Shown here: piece by piece, positions 23,176 through 35,039 of the stretch
Layout: each line of letters begins with the position of its first letter
Numbering within the stretch: the stretch's first letter is position 1
Source: Octopus sinensis
Lineage: Eukaryota
Assembly (NCBI RefSeq): GCF_006345805.1
Contig: NW_021834387.1
Span: 1-48,978, forward strand
Direction of reading: 5' to 3'
DNA length: 48,978 bases
Notes under the pieces: model-generated
Databases searched by the model: none
What the model was told of the DNA's origin: nothing
The model's input: only the letters and a program-made list of their open reading frames with translations
Made by a program: the position numbers and the translations under genes

Positions 23176-24371
23176 GTAAATATAATCTTTATGGTGGGTC
23201 TCCTACGGTTAAAGGTAGGAAGCTTTTGCTTGATCTTCCGCCCATTCTTTACCTACTCTAATCCTTATCATCTTACTACTTTTCTTTCTCTCATCTCTGA
23301 CTCCAACTCTTCTCCCCCTCTCTTTCTTTCTCTCCTTTGTTTCGTGCTTTCTCTGTTTGTCTTTGTGGCTGTCTGGCTAGCTGTCTGCAGCAAAATATAT
23401 ACTAACTGATAGATCCGTTGGAATTTAACTGGGGGTAGGGTGGAGAGAAAAGTTATGGTGTAACTGAATTGGGGTGGTCTTTAGGGCTTAGTCAGAGGAG
23501 GAAAGCTGGTGCCAATGCACTTTTGGGGGCTTTCATGTGTGTGTGTGTGTGTGAGTGTGTATCCGCGCGTATTGTAACGGAATTCTCTATTGTTCAGTAG
23601 TGCTAAACGTCTAAAAGTACCCAAGAGCCAATTAGCAGGAATAAAGCGGGGAGTGGATTACATCTGCTACACAATGGCAAGAACCATCCTTCTCCCGGGC
23701 TTCCGTACAATTACCGTCGACAAAATTTCTCAAGGCTTTGATTGACTTCCGGCTACGGCGGAAGACAATTGCCTGGCCAAAGTGCTGCATAGTAGTACGA
23801 TAGAACCCCAGAATCACGTAATTCTTAACGAAACAGCCCACCTTGTGCCCGTTGATGATAATATGCAGCGCTAGATTAACCACAGGGGCCAGCCTCGAGG
23901 CCTGCCACTGAGCCTCTGCGTCGGATGCGAGCGAGGCCTTGGTAAGGCGATCTGGCGGGAGGCAGCGAACATGTCCGTTACCAGCTCATTCAGCGAATAG
24001 CTATGAGGCGGTAATGTGCAAGGCTGATGTGTGTGCGCATGTAGTTCTTTGTTGGAAATGTGGACGTTACTATCTGATGTTCTCGATCGTTCTGAGGCTC
24101 TGCCATCGAAGCCGTCTTTGCTCTTTGCCAGTTGATTTCGCAGGGATTTGAACTCAGAATGTAAGAGCCGGAAGAAACATCACAAAACACTCTCCTGAAC
24201 GTTGCGATTGATTGCCCAGTGTCCATACCCACCGAGCACATTGAGTGGGGGGGAGCATCGTCAATACACGAATGATTTATAATGTAGCTATCCACTTAAC
24301 TAAAGAGGGATAAAAATAGACAGATTGAGGGAGAGCGAGCGGGCAAGTGAGAGAGAGAGAGAATGGGTGAG

Positions 24372-24620
24372 AAACGGATCAAGTCGATTATATCGACCCC
24401 AGTGCGTAACTGGTACTTAATTTATCGACCCCGAAAGGATGACAGGCAAAGTCGACCTCTGAGTTCAAATTCCGCCGAGGTCGACTTTGCCTTTCATCCT
24501 TTCGGGGTCGATAAATTAAGTACCAGTTACGTACTGGGGTCGATGTAATCGACTTAATCCGTTTGTCTGTCCTTGTTTGTCCTCTCTGTGTTTAGCCCCT
24601 TGTGGGTAGTAAAGAAATAC
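24372..24620. mobile_element. SINE family B with an inverted 5' duplication (88-bp arms)
   Basis: 24372-24459 is the reverse complement of 24477-24564 (4 mismatches); 17-nt loop containing the B-box. Confidence 0.92.
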
Positions 24621-25019
24621 ATTTTATTATCACACCTACTTCCAGCACCTCTCCTACTTTCTCACCCATTCTCTCTCTCTCTTTTTCTCTCTCTCTCTCT
24701 CTCTCACTTTCCCGCTCGCTCTCCCTCAATCTGTCTATTTTTATCCCTGTTTAGTTAAGTGGATAGCTACATTCCACACTCCATTTGGAAGCTGCATCAA
24801 TAAATTTACTACATTTGTTGTTGCTGTGAATACAGACAATTGGGAAAGGACGGAAGGATGAGAGCGAAGGGGGAGAGGGGAGAGGGGATAGAGGAGCATG
24901 GGAAAGAGAGTGAGAGGGAGAGAGTGAGGAAATGGTAACAGATAGAGAGAATGAAAGACAAAAGAAAGAAAATTTAACAAGAGTAATAAAGAAACGATGA
25001 AATGAAAACAGCAAAGAAA

Positions 25020-25082
25020 TCAAAGGAAGGAAGATAAGAAGGAAGGAAAGAAAGATAGAAAGAAAAAGGGAAGGAAGGAAAA

Positions 25083-25134
<52 letters not shown>

Positions 25135-25230
25135 AGAAAGAAAGAAAGAAAGAAAGAAGAAAAAAGAAAGAAAGAAAGAAAGAAAGAAAGAAGGAAAGAA
25201 AGGAAAAAAGAAATTATAAGGAATCGAAAG
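25020..25230. repeat. (AAAG)n purine tract
   Basis: Direct reading. Confidence 0.95.
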
Positions 25231-25614
25231 GAAAGTTGTAAAGAAAAGGAAGACTGAATGGTGTTATATACACCAGCGATAAACTGAGAATAGCAACAGA
25301 GAGAAAGGATGAGAGAGTGAGAGCGTGAGAGAGAGAGAGAGAGAGAGAAAGAAAGAGAGAGGAAGTGTGAGATGGAGATGAGAGTGAATGAGGGAGGCAG
25401 AGAGAAAGGTGCGATGACAGAAATAATAGTTTAAGTAGGTTTTAAGGCAATAAAAGTGAAGAGGGGATTGTAATAAAGCTTCATTAAGATACTTCACCAA
25501 GACATTTGGAACTTCATTCATGTCATGGGATTAGATGGGTGCCATAAACATATCTTTACTACTCACCATTACTAATATTGCTGTGTGTATATATTTCTAA
25601 GCGTATATGTGAGC

Positions 25615-25650
<36 letters not shown>

Positions 25651-25944
25651 GTGGGTCACACACACACATATATATATATATGCATACATATCATTTAATT
25701 CAACGCAACGCATCCATTTCCAAGTAAGTTTATCTTCACCTTTTTGATGCGACTCTCTACTCCATACTGTTTTCTTCCCCCATCTTTCTCTAATTCCCTT
25801 TTTCTCCCCTCCCTTCTTCACCGTTTTCTATCTGTCTCTCTTTCCCCCTCTTTTTCATTCTCTCTCTCTTTCTCTCGTTGTTCACACGTGACCATCATCC
25901 ATCTTTTTTTTTCCCTTATGTGACCATCTTACTTTTCCTGTACG

Positions 25945-26318
25945 GACGTTCAAAAGAGCGGACGTGCTTTTTTCCCTCCCTCTTCTACCTTTTCTATTTT
26001 CAAAAAAATGTTTCTCCTAGCGTTCCCTATTTTCCTCTCGACCTGCTCTAACGACCCTCCATGTTTGATTTCGTTTGGTTTCCTTGTATGTCTCCAGTGT
26101 TTGTTCCCAACTTTGATCTTCCATAAATAGATTTGGACCACCAAGAGCTGCTGATAAGTTCTGCACTTTGTGAATATTAAAATGTCTTTTGAAGCCTCCG
26201 TTGGATTTGCAAACCTTCTGGCATACACTGCATTCAAAGTTGTGAACAGACATATAGGCAGAATAGTTCGTGGAGGTTCGTTTTCCATGCGTTCGCAGAT
26301 GAGATTTGAGGCCAGCAA
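25945..26318 (-). mobile_element. RTE-like LINE 3' end with C2H2-type motifs
   Basis: GLKSHLRTH...FECSVCQKVCKSNGGFKRHFNIH resembles the C..C....S..GL.SH...H end of RTE ORFs; truncated at a (TATG)/(GATA) tract. Confidence 0.55.
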
Positions 26319-26349
26319 AATACATACATACATACATACATACATACAC

Positions 26350-26411
<62 letters not shown>

Positions 26412-26496
26412 CGATAGGCAGGCAGGCAGGCAAACAGACAGATAGATACATAAATAGATGTATACATACATACGTATTGACATGTATGTATATATG

Positions 26497-26528
<32 letters not shown>

Positions 26529-26636
26529 TGTATGTATTTATGTATGTATGTATGTATGTATGTATGTATTTATGTATGTATGTATGTATGTATGTATGTA
26601 TGTATGTATGTATGTATGTATGTATGTATGTATGTA

Positions 26637-27545
26637 CAGAGGGTTCGGACGATTTTTCTTATGTCTCTTTCTTTTTTTTTCAGTAACAGCTTGATGTATT
26701 GATGAACAGTCAACGGCGTTGGAGAGCATAAATCTTAAAATTATAGTTGAGAAAATGTTAGCTGACATGGAAGACTGGAAGCCATTTGAATATTGCAAAA
26801 CCATACCCGTATCATGATTATTCGCTCTGGTTGTCAAAATGCCGATATCATGGCTGCTGCCCAGTGTTCTATGAACACTATAAAGAGTGTATGACGTGAC
26901 ATGGACAGTTGCAACGGAAACTACGAAGCCGTGGCTAGTAGGAAGCGACACAGCAGGAGTTCTGACTGCGTCCGTACACTGGGATTTATCAATATGTCTT
27001 TGAACAAGGCCCTAGACTCAACTCATGGTTCTATATGAAGCTGCTGGAAATTGTTGTCAAACCTTGGTTTGAGAGGGTTCCTACGGGAAGACGAAATATG
27101 TGGTCGCAGGATTCGGCACCTTACTATACCTCCGGAAACTGTCAGAAGTGGTTGTCAAAGAATTTCTACGATTTCACCAGCCCCAATATATGCCCCACCC
27201 TAATTACCTTCATTATAACCCCCACACCCCCGATTGTAATCCAATATGTTGCTATGTGTGGGGCACGGTCGGGAAAGGCACCAATAGCTCTACCTGCAAC
27301 ACCAAAGCCGAGTTAGTGGCAAAGATCAAGGAGGTGTACGAAGATCTCCGGGACACCGTGAGGAACGCATGAGACAGGTTCCAGAGTCGTCTTGAGGCCG
27401 TGGCCGAAGCTAAGAACAGCTTCTTTGAATAAACTGTTGTCTTCCAAGTAGATATTTTTTGATTTTTAGAATACTTCTATTTTTGGATGGCATAATGCTT
27501 TCTTATCTTTGTATCCCAACTGTCAAATTTAACCCGAACACCCAG
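26637..27545 (+). mobile_element. Internally deleted Tc1/mariner transposon (maT/DD37D-like)
   Basis: N-terminal IIRSGCQNADIMAAAQCSMNTIKSV joined directly to FEQG.RLN..KLLEIVVKPW..QDSAP..PDCNP..YVWG..RFQSRLEAV; degenerate TIRs (gttcgg core) with TA at both ends. Confidence 0.85.
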
Positions 27546-27638
27546 TATATGAGTGCGTATATATACATATACTGACCACACATGCATACATGTATACATA
27601 GCTATACATGTGTGTGTGTGTGTGTAAATGTGTATGTA

Positions 27639-27816
27639 CCGTATTTTAACGTGTATAAGGAACCCTTTTTTTGCCTAAAATTAGGTTTAAAAAAAGTGAG
27701 TTTGTTATACATGGATAGTATTATAATCCCTTACAAAACCTTTTTTCCAAATTTTATTCCCCCAAAATTAGGGGTTTCCTTATACACGAGGGTTCCTTAT
27801 ACACGTTAAAATACGG
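27639..27816. mobile_element. TcMar (Tc2/pogo-like) MITE, 178 bp
   Basis: Perfect 27-bp TIRs ccgtattttaacgtgtataaggaaccc, TA on both sides, subterminal repeat ttccttatacacg. Confidence 0.9.
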
Positions 27817-28179
27817 TATTTGTATATGCATGCACACAAACATATATACCTGCACACACACACACAAACACACATATATGTGTTTGTCTGTGCATGTCTG
27901 TGTGTGTGTGTATGTGTGTGTGAGAGAGTATGTATGTACAAATGTATTTCTCTTTGTATCTGTGTATCTGCATATATGCATGTGTGTATACATGTATGTA
28001 TGTATATATATGTGTGTATATATATATATACACGCACACGTGCGTACATGTGTATATACACGCATATACACATGCACACACACACACACATACACACATA
28101 CGCGCAGATATTTTTCTCTTGATTTATGTTAATGGTTCTGCTTTCATTGTTTATTTTAGTTTTGTTTTGTTTATTTTAG

Positions 28180-28231
28180 GCTGTCAAATTAAAACCAGGA
28201 GAAAAAAAACGCAAATTCCGACTATACCATC
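28180..28231 (+). CDS. Candidate 52-nt internal coding exon (AVKLKPGEKKRKFRLYH) of an unidentified host gene
   Basis: Strong acceptor ttttgttttgtttattttag, donor C|gtatgt, open frame. No homology recognised. Confidence 0.3.
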
Positions 28232-28559
28232 GTATGTGTTCAAAATGGAATGTTAAGCTGTAGTAACCGTTCGTAATATTTACCAAACACTTGGCCGGCG
28301 GACTGTCGGCCGTCACACAGCTCAAATTTGGTTCCCAAAATTTGGTAATCGAGAAGAAAACCTTCAAAATAATCAAGTTATCAAAAGACCGTCTGCGATT
28401 AACAACAACTGCGAGCTATTTTTGAAGTGGGGCCCACGCAAAATAGTTTGCGTGAGAACTAAACATTGCGTATTCGGCAGTTATGCAGCATTTACACAAC
28501 TATGAATGTTTTTTTTTTTAATAGCTCGATAAAGGGTGCTGTACACTCTGAGGAAAATT

Positions 28560-28775
28560 ATCCCTTCTACTAAAGGCACAAGACCCTGAAATTTTAGGGG
28601 AGGGGACTAGTGGATTACATCGACCCCAGTGTTTCACTGGTGCTTAATTTATCAACCCCGAAATGATGGAAAGCAAAATCGACCTCGGCAGAATTTGAAC
28701 TCAGCTCGTGCAGACAGACGAAGTGTCGCTAAACATTTTGCCCAGCGTGCTAACGACTCTGCTAGCTCGTCGCCT
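28560..28775 (-). mobile_element. SINE family B (short tail)
   Basis: Reverse complement of the head, gagttcaaatt B-box, core and tail. Confidence 0.85.
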
Positions 28776-28960
28776 TTACTCGCTTTTACGAAATCTACTC
28801 TGCCCTTTCAATCCTTCAACCCATTGTTATATGATTTTAAAAATGGATTCTATACATCAACCATCGGTCGAAATGAGGAATTCGGGCGCAGATGTTTGGA
28901 TACATGATTTGGCGCGGATGACTGGACATTCAGCCTGTTTAAACGACAGTACGTTTCGGC

Positions 28961-29069
28961 CCTAGAGGCTATAGTAGAAGACACTTGCCCTTGGTTCCAC
29001 GCAGTGGGACTGAACCCGGAACCATGTGGTTCGTAAGCAAGCCACTTACCACACAGCCACTCCTACGCC
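28961..29069 (-). mobile_element. SINE family A, 5' portion
   Basis: Reverse complement of ggcgtaggagtggctgtgtggtaag..gggttcagtcccactgcg..gcaagtgtcttctactatagcc. Confidence 0.88.
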
Positions 29070-29612
29070 TGGGAATATATTTTTTTTAAATTTTATATCT
29101 ATTACAATACGATTCTGCTACGGCTTACCAAGGACCGAAACTGTGGTGTGAAATTGGGTAAAGGATTAAAGTAAACCGACCCAAGAATTCAAAGGGCCAA
29201 ACATTTGAAACTAATACGGCAAGGCACTTCGTTGCAGACTCCAGCAATTCTACCCGTCAACTACTCTGAACTCGCGTTTCATTTCATTGACCCTCAAAGA
29301 TAGAAGTTAATGTTGACCTCAGGGGGTTTGAACTCAGACCGTTAGAGAGCTGGAATGCTGTAAAGTATTTCAGTATTCGCACTGACAACTCTACTCATTC
29401 GTCATCTTGGAAAAAGAATATAAAAAAGCGAATGGTCATGGCTGGAATGCCTTTGATCCTAGGTTTGTGCATTCAGTGTTCACCTGGAATTAAATAACAG
29501 CAATCGTTTGGCGACAAGTTGTGTAGACACAGCTGTACAAACAATGTTGTAGGGCAATCTATTATACATACATATACATACATACATATATATATATATA
29601 TTATATATATAT

Positions 29613-29649
<37 letters not shown>

Positions 29650-29921
29650 CATAAATACATACATACATACATACATACATACTTACATACATACATATAT
29701 ATATATGTATGTATGTATATATTACACACACACACACATATAAATACTCGCGCGCAAGCACACACATACACACACAAAGACCTCTTACGATTAAAACAAA
29801 ACAGTGTACCCTGAAGCGGTTCTCTCCTCTTAAGAATAGTCACCCTCCCTCTAATTTCTCAATAATTTCTATTCTCTCACTCCGTAAGTAACTATAAGCA
29901 GCAACAGCTGTAGATTTCAGT

Positions 29922-29970
<49 letters not shown>

Positions 29971-29976
<6 letters not shown>

Positions 29977-32758
29977 ATATTATTAGAGACAAAACCACTA
30001 TTTTGCAAAACAAACAAGGAATAATCAATACATAAAATTCTATTTCTCCATTCATAATTTTAAGTGACGTTTGCTTCCATGGCGCGTATTCTTTTTATAC
30101 ATAAGTTATGTTTCTATGGTAACGTAATTTTGGTTTGATTTTTTTAACGGCTTAGAATTTAATTTCACTTCATAATTTGAAACTGACTTGTAAGTATGTA
30201 TTTTATTTCTCCTTATGTCATATTGTTATTTTTGATATTCTGGTTAATTACGATGTTTTTTATATATCGTTTTATGTGTAATAATGTTGTTTTTCTTTGG
30301 AGTGTTTATGTATGTGAGATTGTGTGTGAGTGTGTGCGTATTTTAGTTGTATAATTTATTTATCTGTATGAGTGTGGGTGTGTAAATATTGTTGTATATA
30401 TCGAGTTTAGTATGTATATGCGTATATGTGAGGGAGTATATGTATGTGTTGTGTGTGTGTGTTTTTGCGTGTGTGTGTGTTTGTGTGTGAATGTGTATAT
30501 GGGTTTGTTATATAAGTTTGGGGATGTATGTGTTAATTTGTCTGTGTGGGGAGGGAGTGGGTTTTTGGTGTATATTGAGGTTTATAAGTTAGTATAGGTA
30601 TGTGTGAGTGAGGTGGTATTTGTATAAGTCGTGGGTCTGTGGTTTACGTGTGTGTATTTGTGTGTGAATGTTTAGGTTAGGGGTATTGCTATATAGGTTT
30701 GTTATAGAGTTTAGCAAAGGGATATTTTATCATTATATGTTTTTATGAGTTTTGGTTTATCATGGTGGTTTTATTAGGGAATTCGTGGTAATTTGTCTAT
30801 TTACGATGTTTGTTGTTTTATTACATTGTTTCATTCATAATTTTTGAGTGGTGTTCGTTTTGCCACGTGAATATTATTTTTAATTCCATTTATTCCATTT
30901 CTCCATTCATAATTTTAAAAGATGTTCGTTTCCAGAGCGGGAATACTTTTTATACATATGTTAAGTTCCTTGGTAACGTAATTTTGTTTGGTGTATATGT
31001 TGAGGCTTATATGTACTTGTGGGTGTGTGTGAGTGGGGTGGGTGTTTGTATTTGTTATGGGTGTGTGGTTTACGTGTGTGTATTGTGTGTGAATGTATAG
31101 GTTAAAGGGATTGCTATATAAGTATGTTATAGGGTTTAGTAAAGGGAGGTTTTATCATTTATGTTTTTGTGAGTTTTAGTTTATCATGGTAGTTTTATAA
31201 AAGAATCCATTCATAATTTTTTAAATAATGTTGGTTTACCGCGTGTATATAATTTTTAATTCCATTTATTCTATTTCTCCATTCATAATTTTAAGTGACG
31301 TTTGCTTCCATAGCGCGTATTCTTTTTATACATAAGTTATGTTCCTATGGTAACGTAATTTTGGTTTGATGTTTTTAACGGATTAGAATTTAATTTCACA
31401 TAATTTGAAACTGACTTGAAAGTATGTATATTATTTCTCCTTATGTCATATTGTTATTTTTGATATTCTGGTTACTTACGATGTATTTTATATATCGTAT
31501 TATGTGTAATAATGTTGTTTTTCTTTGGAGTGTTTATGTATGTGGGATTGTGTGTGAGTGTGTGCGTATTTTGGTTGTGTAGTTTGTTTATCTGTATGAA
31601 TGTGGGTGTGTTAATATTGTTGTATATATCGAGTTTAGTGAGTATGTATATGTATATGGTGTGTGTTTTACGTATGTATATTTGTGTGTGAATGTGTTTA
31701 TGGGTTTGCTATATAGGTTTGGGGATGTATGTGTTTATTTGTCTGTGTGGGGTTGAGTGGGTTTTTGGAGTATATGTTGAGGTTTATATGTATGTATAGG
31801 TATGTGTGAGTGGGGTGGGTGTTTGTATTTGTTATGGGTGTGTGGTTTACGTGTGTGTATTTGTGTGTGAATGTTTAGGTTAGGGGGATTGCTATATAGG
31901 TATGTTATAGAGTTTAGTAAAGGGATATTTTATCATTATATGTTTTTATGAGTTTTGGTTTATCATGGTAGTTTTGTTAAGGAATTCGTAGTAATTTGTG
32001 TCTATTTGCGATGTCTGTTGTTTTATTGCATTGTTTCATTCATTTTTAAGTAATGTTCGTTTTACCAAGTGAATATAATTTTTAATTCCATTTATTCCAT
32101 TTCTCCATTCATAATTTTAAGTGATGTCCGTTTCTAGAGCGGGAATGTGGGTTGTATGTGTGTGTGAGGGAGTATGAATAAGTATTGTGTTGAAGTATTT
32201 AGCTATTTTATTTATTTATCGTTGCCTAGACGTTTTTATGTGTATGTATAGGGATATATATATAGGTGTGTGATTTAGTGTATGTATTTAGATATGGTTA
32301 TATATAATTAGTTATATGTGTATGGGTGTATATATAGTTTATTTTTTGTTTTGTTTTATATTTTATATTTTATATTTAATTGTTGATAGGTTTATTTTAG
32401 TTTATATATTGTTTATATATTGATTATATATGGATTATATATAGGTTATATATAGATTATATATTTATATTTTTTCATTAATACTTTAATTATTTTAAAA
32501 TTATTATTTTTATATTTTAAAATATTGATATTTTAGATTGGAAGTCCACCTGAAGATTGTCGATCAGGACAAGAAACAATTGTAGTGGCGGTTTTTTGAC
32601 TTTTTATTAAAATTTTATGTATTGATTAAGTCTTTCCTTGTTTGTTTTGCAAAATAGTGGTTTTGTCTCTAATAATATTATATAATATTTTACTATAAAA
32701 TTGGATTTAATCCTAAATCTGATTTTTCCCTGTAAATTTGGACTTATTCCCTAATATT

Positions 32759-32761
<3 letters not shown>
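29971..32761 (+). mobile_element. Non-autonomous Penelope-like element: inverted terminal copy, internal tandem duplications, 3' hammerhead
   Basis: 29971-30039 is an inverted copy of 32611-32684 (first 50 nt identical). About 1.2-kb internal duplication (30040 vs 31272), HHR near the right end, (TA)n at both flanks. Confidence 0.65.
32546..32588 (+). ncRNA. Minimal type I hammerhead ribozyme, intact core, GUA triplet
   Basis: CCAC-CTGAAGA-TTGTC(GATCAG)GACAA-GAAA-CAATTG-TA-GTGG. Perfect stems I and II and a palindromic helix III. Confidence 0.85.
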
Positions 32762-32794
<33 letters not shown>

Positions 32795-33109
32795 CCCCCT
32801 CTCTCACATTTCCTTGCATTCTCTTCATGCTCACTTTCCCTCCTCTTTTCACTTCACATTCTTTTCATGCCCCCTCCTTATTTCTTCTGTCCTTCTGCTT
32901 CTACCTCTCTCTCTTTTCTCCTCACGTGACCGGTGTTCGACCAAGCCTGACCTCTCTTTCTTGGTTCGGCCGCCGTCTGTGCAACATTTATATTCCTCCC
33001 TGTCCCTGTGAAATCTTGTATCAATGCCGTAAGGCTTTACTTCCACACACGCCAGCTTAATTTAATTCGTCCTTAGTCGAAAGACACCTGTTTTTATGTC
33101 CTGTTATTT

Positions 33110-33330
33110 GTATTTTTGTAACATTCTCCGTTTTTTTTGTCCTTGTTTTCGTATACATTCGCTGCTTTCTTCCAAGGAATATAATGCCTTAGTTTTTCCT
33201 TGGGGCTGGTCAGATTAGAGCAATCTCGAGTATAACCAGCCGAAATTGCAAAGATAATCTGGAACTCGAGTGAGGAAAGAAAACTACGAATGACCCATCC
33301 TTGTTTTCTTTGTATCGTCTATCTGGATGT
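33110..33330 (+). mobile_element. Unclassified dispersed repeat, family F
   Basis: Homologous to 45985-46235 on the opposite strand (gtccttgttt(t)cgtatacattcg, ttccttggggctgg, cagccgaaattgc, cgaatgaccc). Confidence 0.75.
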
Positions 33331-33974
33331 TTTATTGTCCCTTTCTTGTATCACCTAAGTGTCTGGATGTAAACGTTGTGAAGCTGCGGTACATCATCTA
33401 GATGAAAACTCTTTAAAGACGTATTGTGTTTGAAAATACATCACTCATAGGTAAGTGAAACGAAATCGCCCCGAACGTGAAAGAGTGCGACAGATAACGA
33501 TATTTTGCAGTCATTTCCGCGCTAAGCACCTGTATATCGCATAGTTCTGAACATCGAATAAAATATAGTTCAACCACGATACGCATGACATGAAATACAT
33601 ATTACTGAAGTGAAGACGATTAAATGAACCATGAAATGACTTGATATATAACTGAATTTGTATTAAGGGTTGTTCTAGTTTGAAACTATCACATTTTCTC
33701 GATTCTCTGTTTCGACAATTTAACCAAGAAAATTTGTTCTTAATTACATCATAGGGTATAGTGTGAATACTGTCACACAATATCCTATACAATACATCAC
33801 AACATTGCGTATTTTGGAGCATGGCATCCAGCGTGGTGGGGAGACATTTTGTGACTAGGAATCTGTCGATCGCGTCATGATTTTAGATTACGCCAGTATT
33901 TTCTTTTTGCGTTTGATTATAAATTTACTTGTGTAAGACTTCTTAAATATCTTAACCACCTCAATACAATATAA

Positions 33975-34180
33975 TTTTAATATATAAAACTGAGTTTGTG
34001 TGTATGTGTGCGCATATGTTCCTTATGGATTCGAAAACTGAGTTGCCGATTTTGACGGATGAGGTATCAAAAGATTCAATAATTGTTCAGCTACCAAATG
34101 AAGTATGTTTATTTGCTCAACTCTTTTTTACTACAATAATAACCTCGTAAACGAAGTCGGGTCGCACAATTTTTAAGTCT
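33975..34180 (+). mobile_element. Degenerate non-autonomous Helitron
   Basis: atatataaaactgagtttgtgtgtatg start, ccgattttgac, decayed 3' hairpin cctcgtaaacgaagtcgggt; no clean CTAG. Confidence 0.5.
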
Positions 34181-35039
34181 TTAGCTAAGGGAGGCAACTG
34201 TGCCTGAACAATATATCTAAGATAGAACGTAATGAGAAAATGCTTAAAATACATCGAGTTTTACCAAGGAATGAAACTACGAAGATATACCGTCAACTTT
34301 ATTAGTATTGTTTAGTAGGTAATCATTCATTCAATGTGAAGTATGTTTATTCTGTTTAGTTCAGAGTTGCCTCTGATGTTGCAGATCCATCGCATAGTTT
34401 TTGTTTGTTTGTTTGTTTTTCTTCATCATGAAATACCGTCAATCTGTGTCTTTCTTTTGATGAAAGGGTGTGTTTTAAGAGAGATTTGGCTGCTATTTGT
34501 AGGGGCTCAGAACACTTCTGTGTGTATGTGAGTGTGTGCGTGTGTATGTGTGTATGTGCCCATGCGCTTGCGTGTACGTGTGTGTGTGTTTTGTTGTGGA
34601 GAAAAACTTTTTTCTCATAATATTTTGCACAATAACTTTTTAAGAAACCAGGACATCTTTCTTACTGCCACCCATTCAACTTCAAATTACAATTGTTAAT
34701 TGTTGGAAGTCAAGTACACTGAGATGTATACATAGTATTATCGTATAGAGTGGAAGTTCAATGTGAAGCTTTGAACTCCTTATCTTGTGGTTAGTAATCT
34801 ATTACCTTAAATTTGAAGCCATTAAATCTTTAAACGTTATTTTACTGGGTTTAGTCTTTCAACTGTCACCATTATGGGGTATCACCTTCAAAAATTTAAT
34901 TGATTATACTGACCTCAGTACATATTTCAATCTGGCATTTATTCTATAGATCTCTGCTTGATGAACTGCTACATGACATAGTGAGACACAATACTCGATT
35001 TAACAACAAATGTAAACAGACACAAACGCACATACATAT

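Noticed and set aside
26017-26318. C2H2 zinc-finger host gene
   Set aside because: No TGEKP linkers or finger array, and no splice context; an RTE-like ORF end fits better.
30250-32520. Decayed RT/GIY-YIG ORF on the A/C-rich minus strand, or a bisulfite-type artefact
   Set aside because: All frames I tried are stop-rich with no YxDD or GIY-YIG motif; Cs persist in interleaved blocks, unlike chemical conversion.
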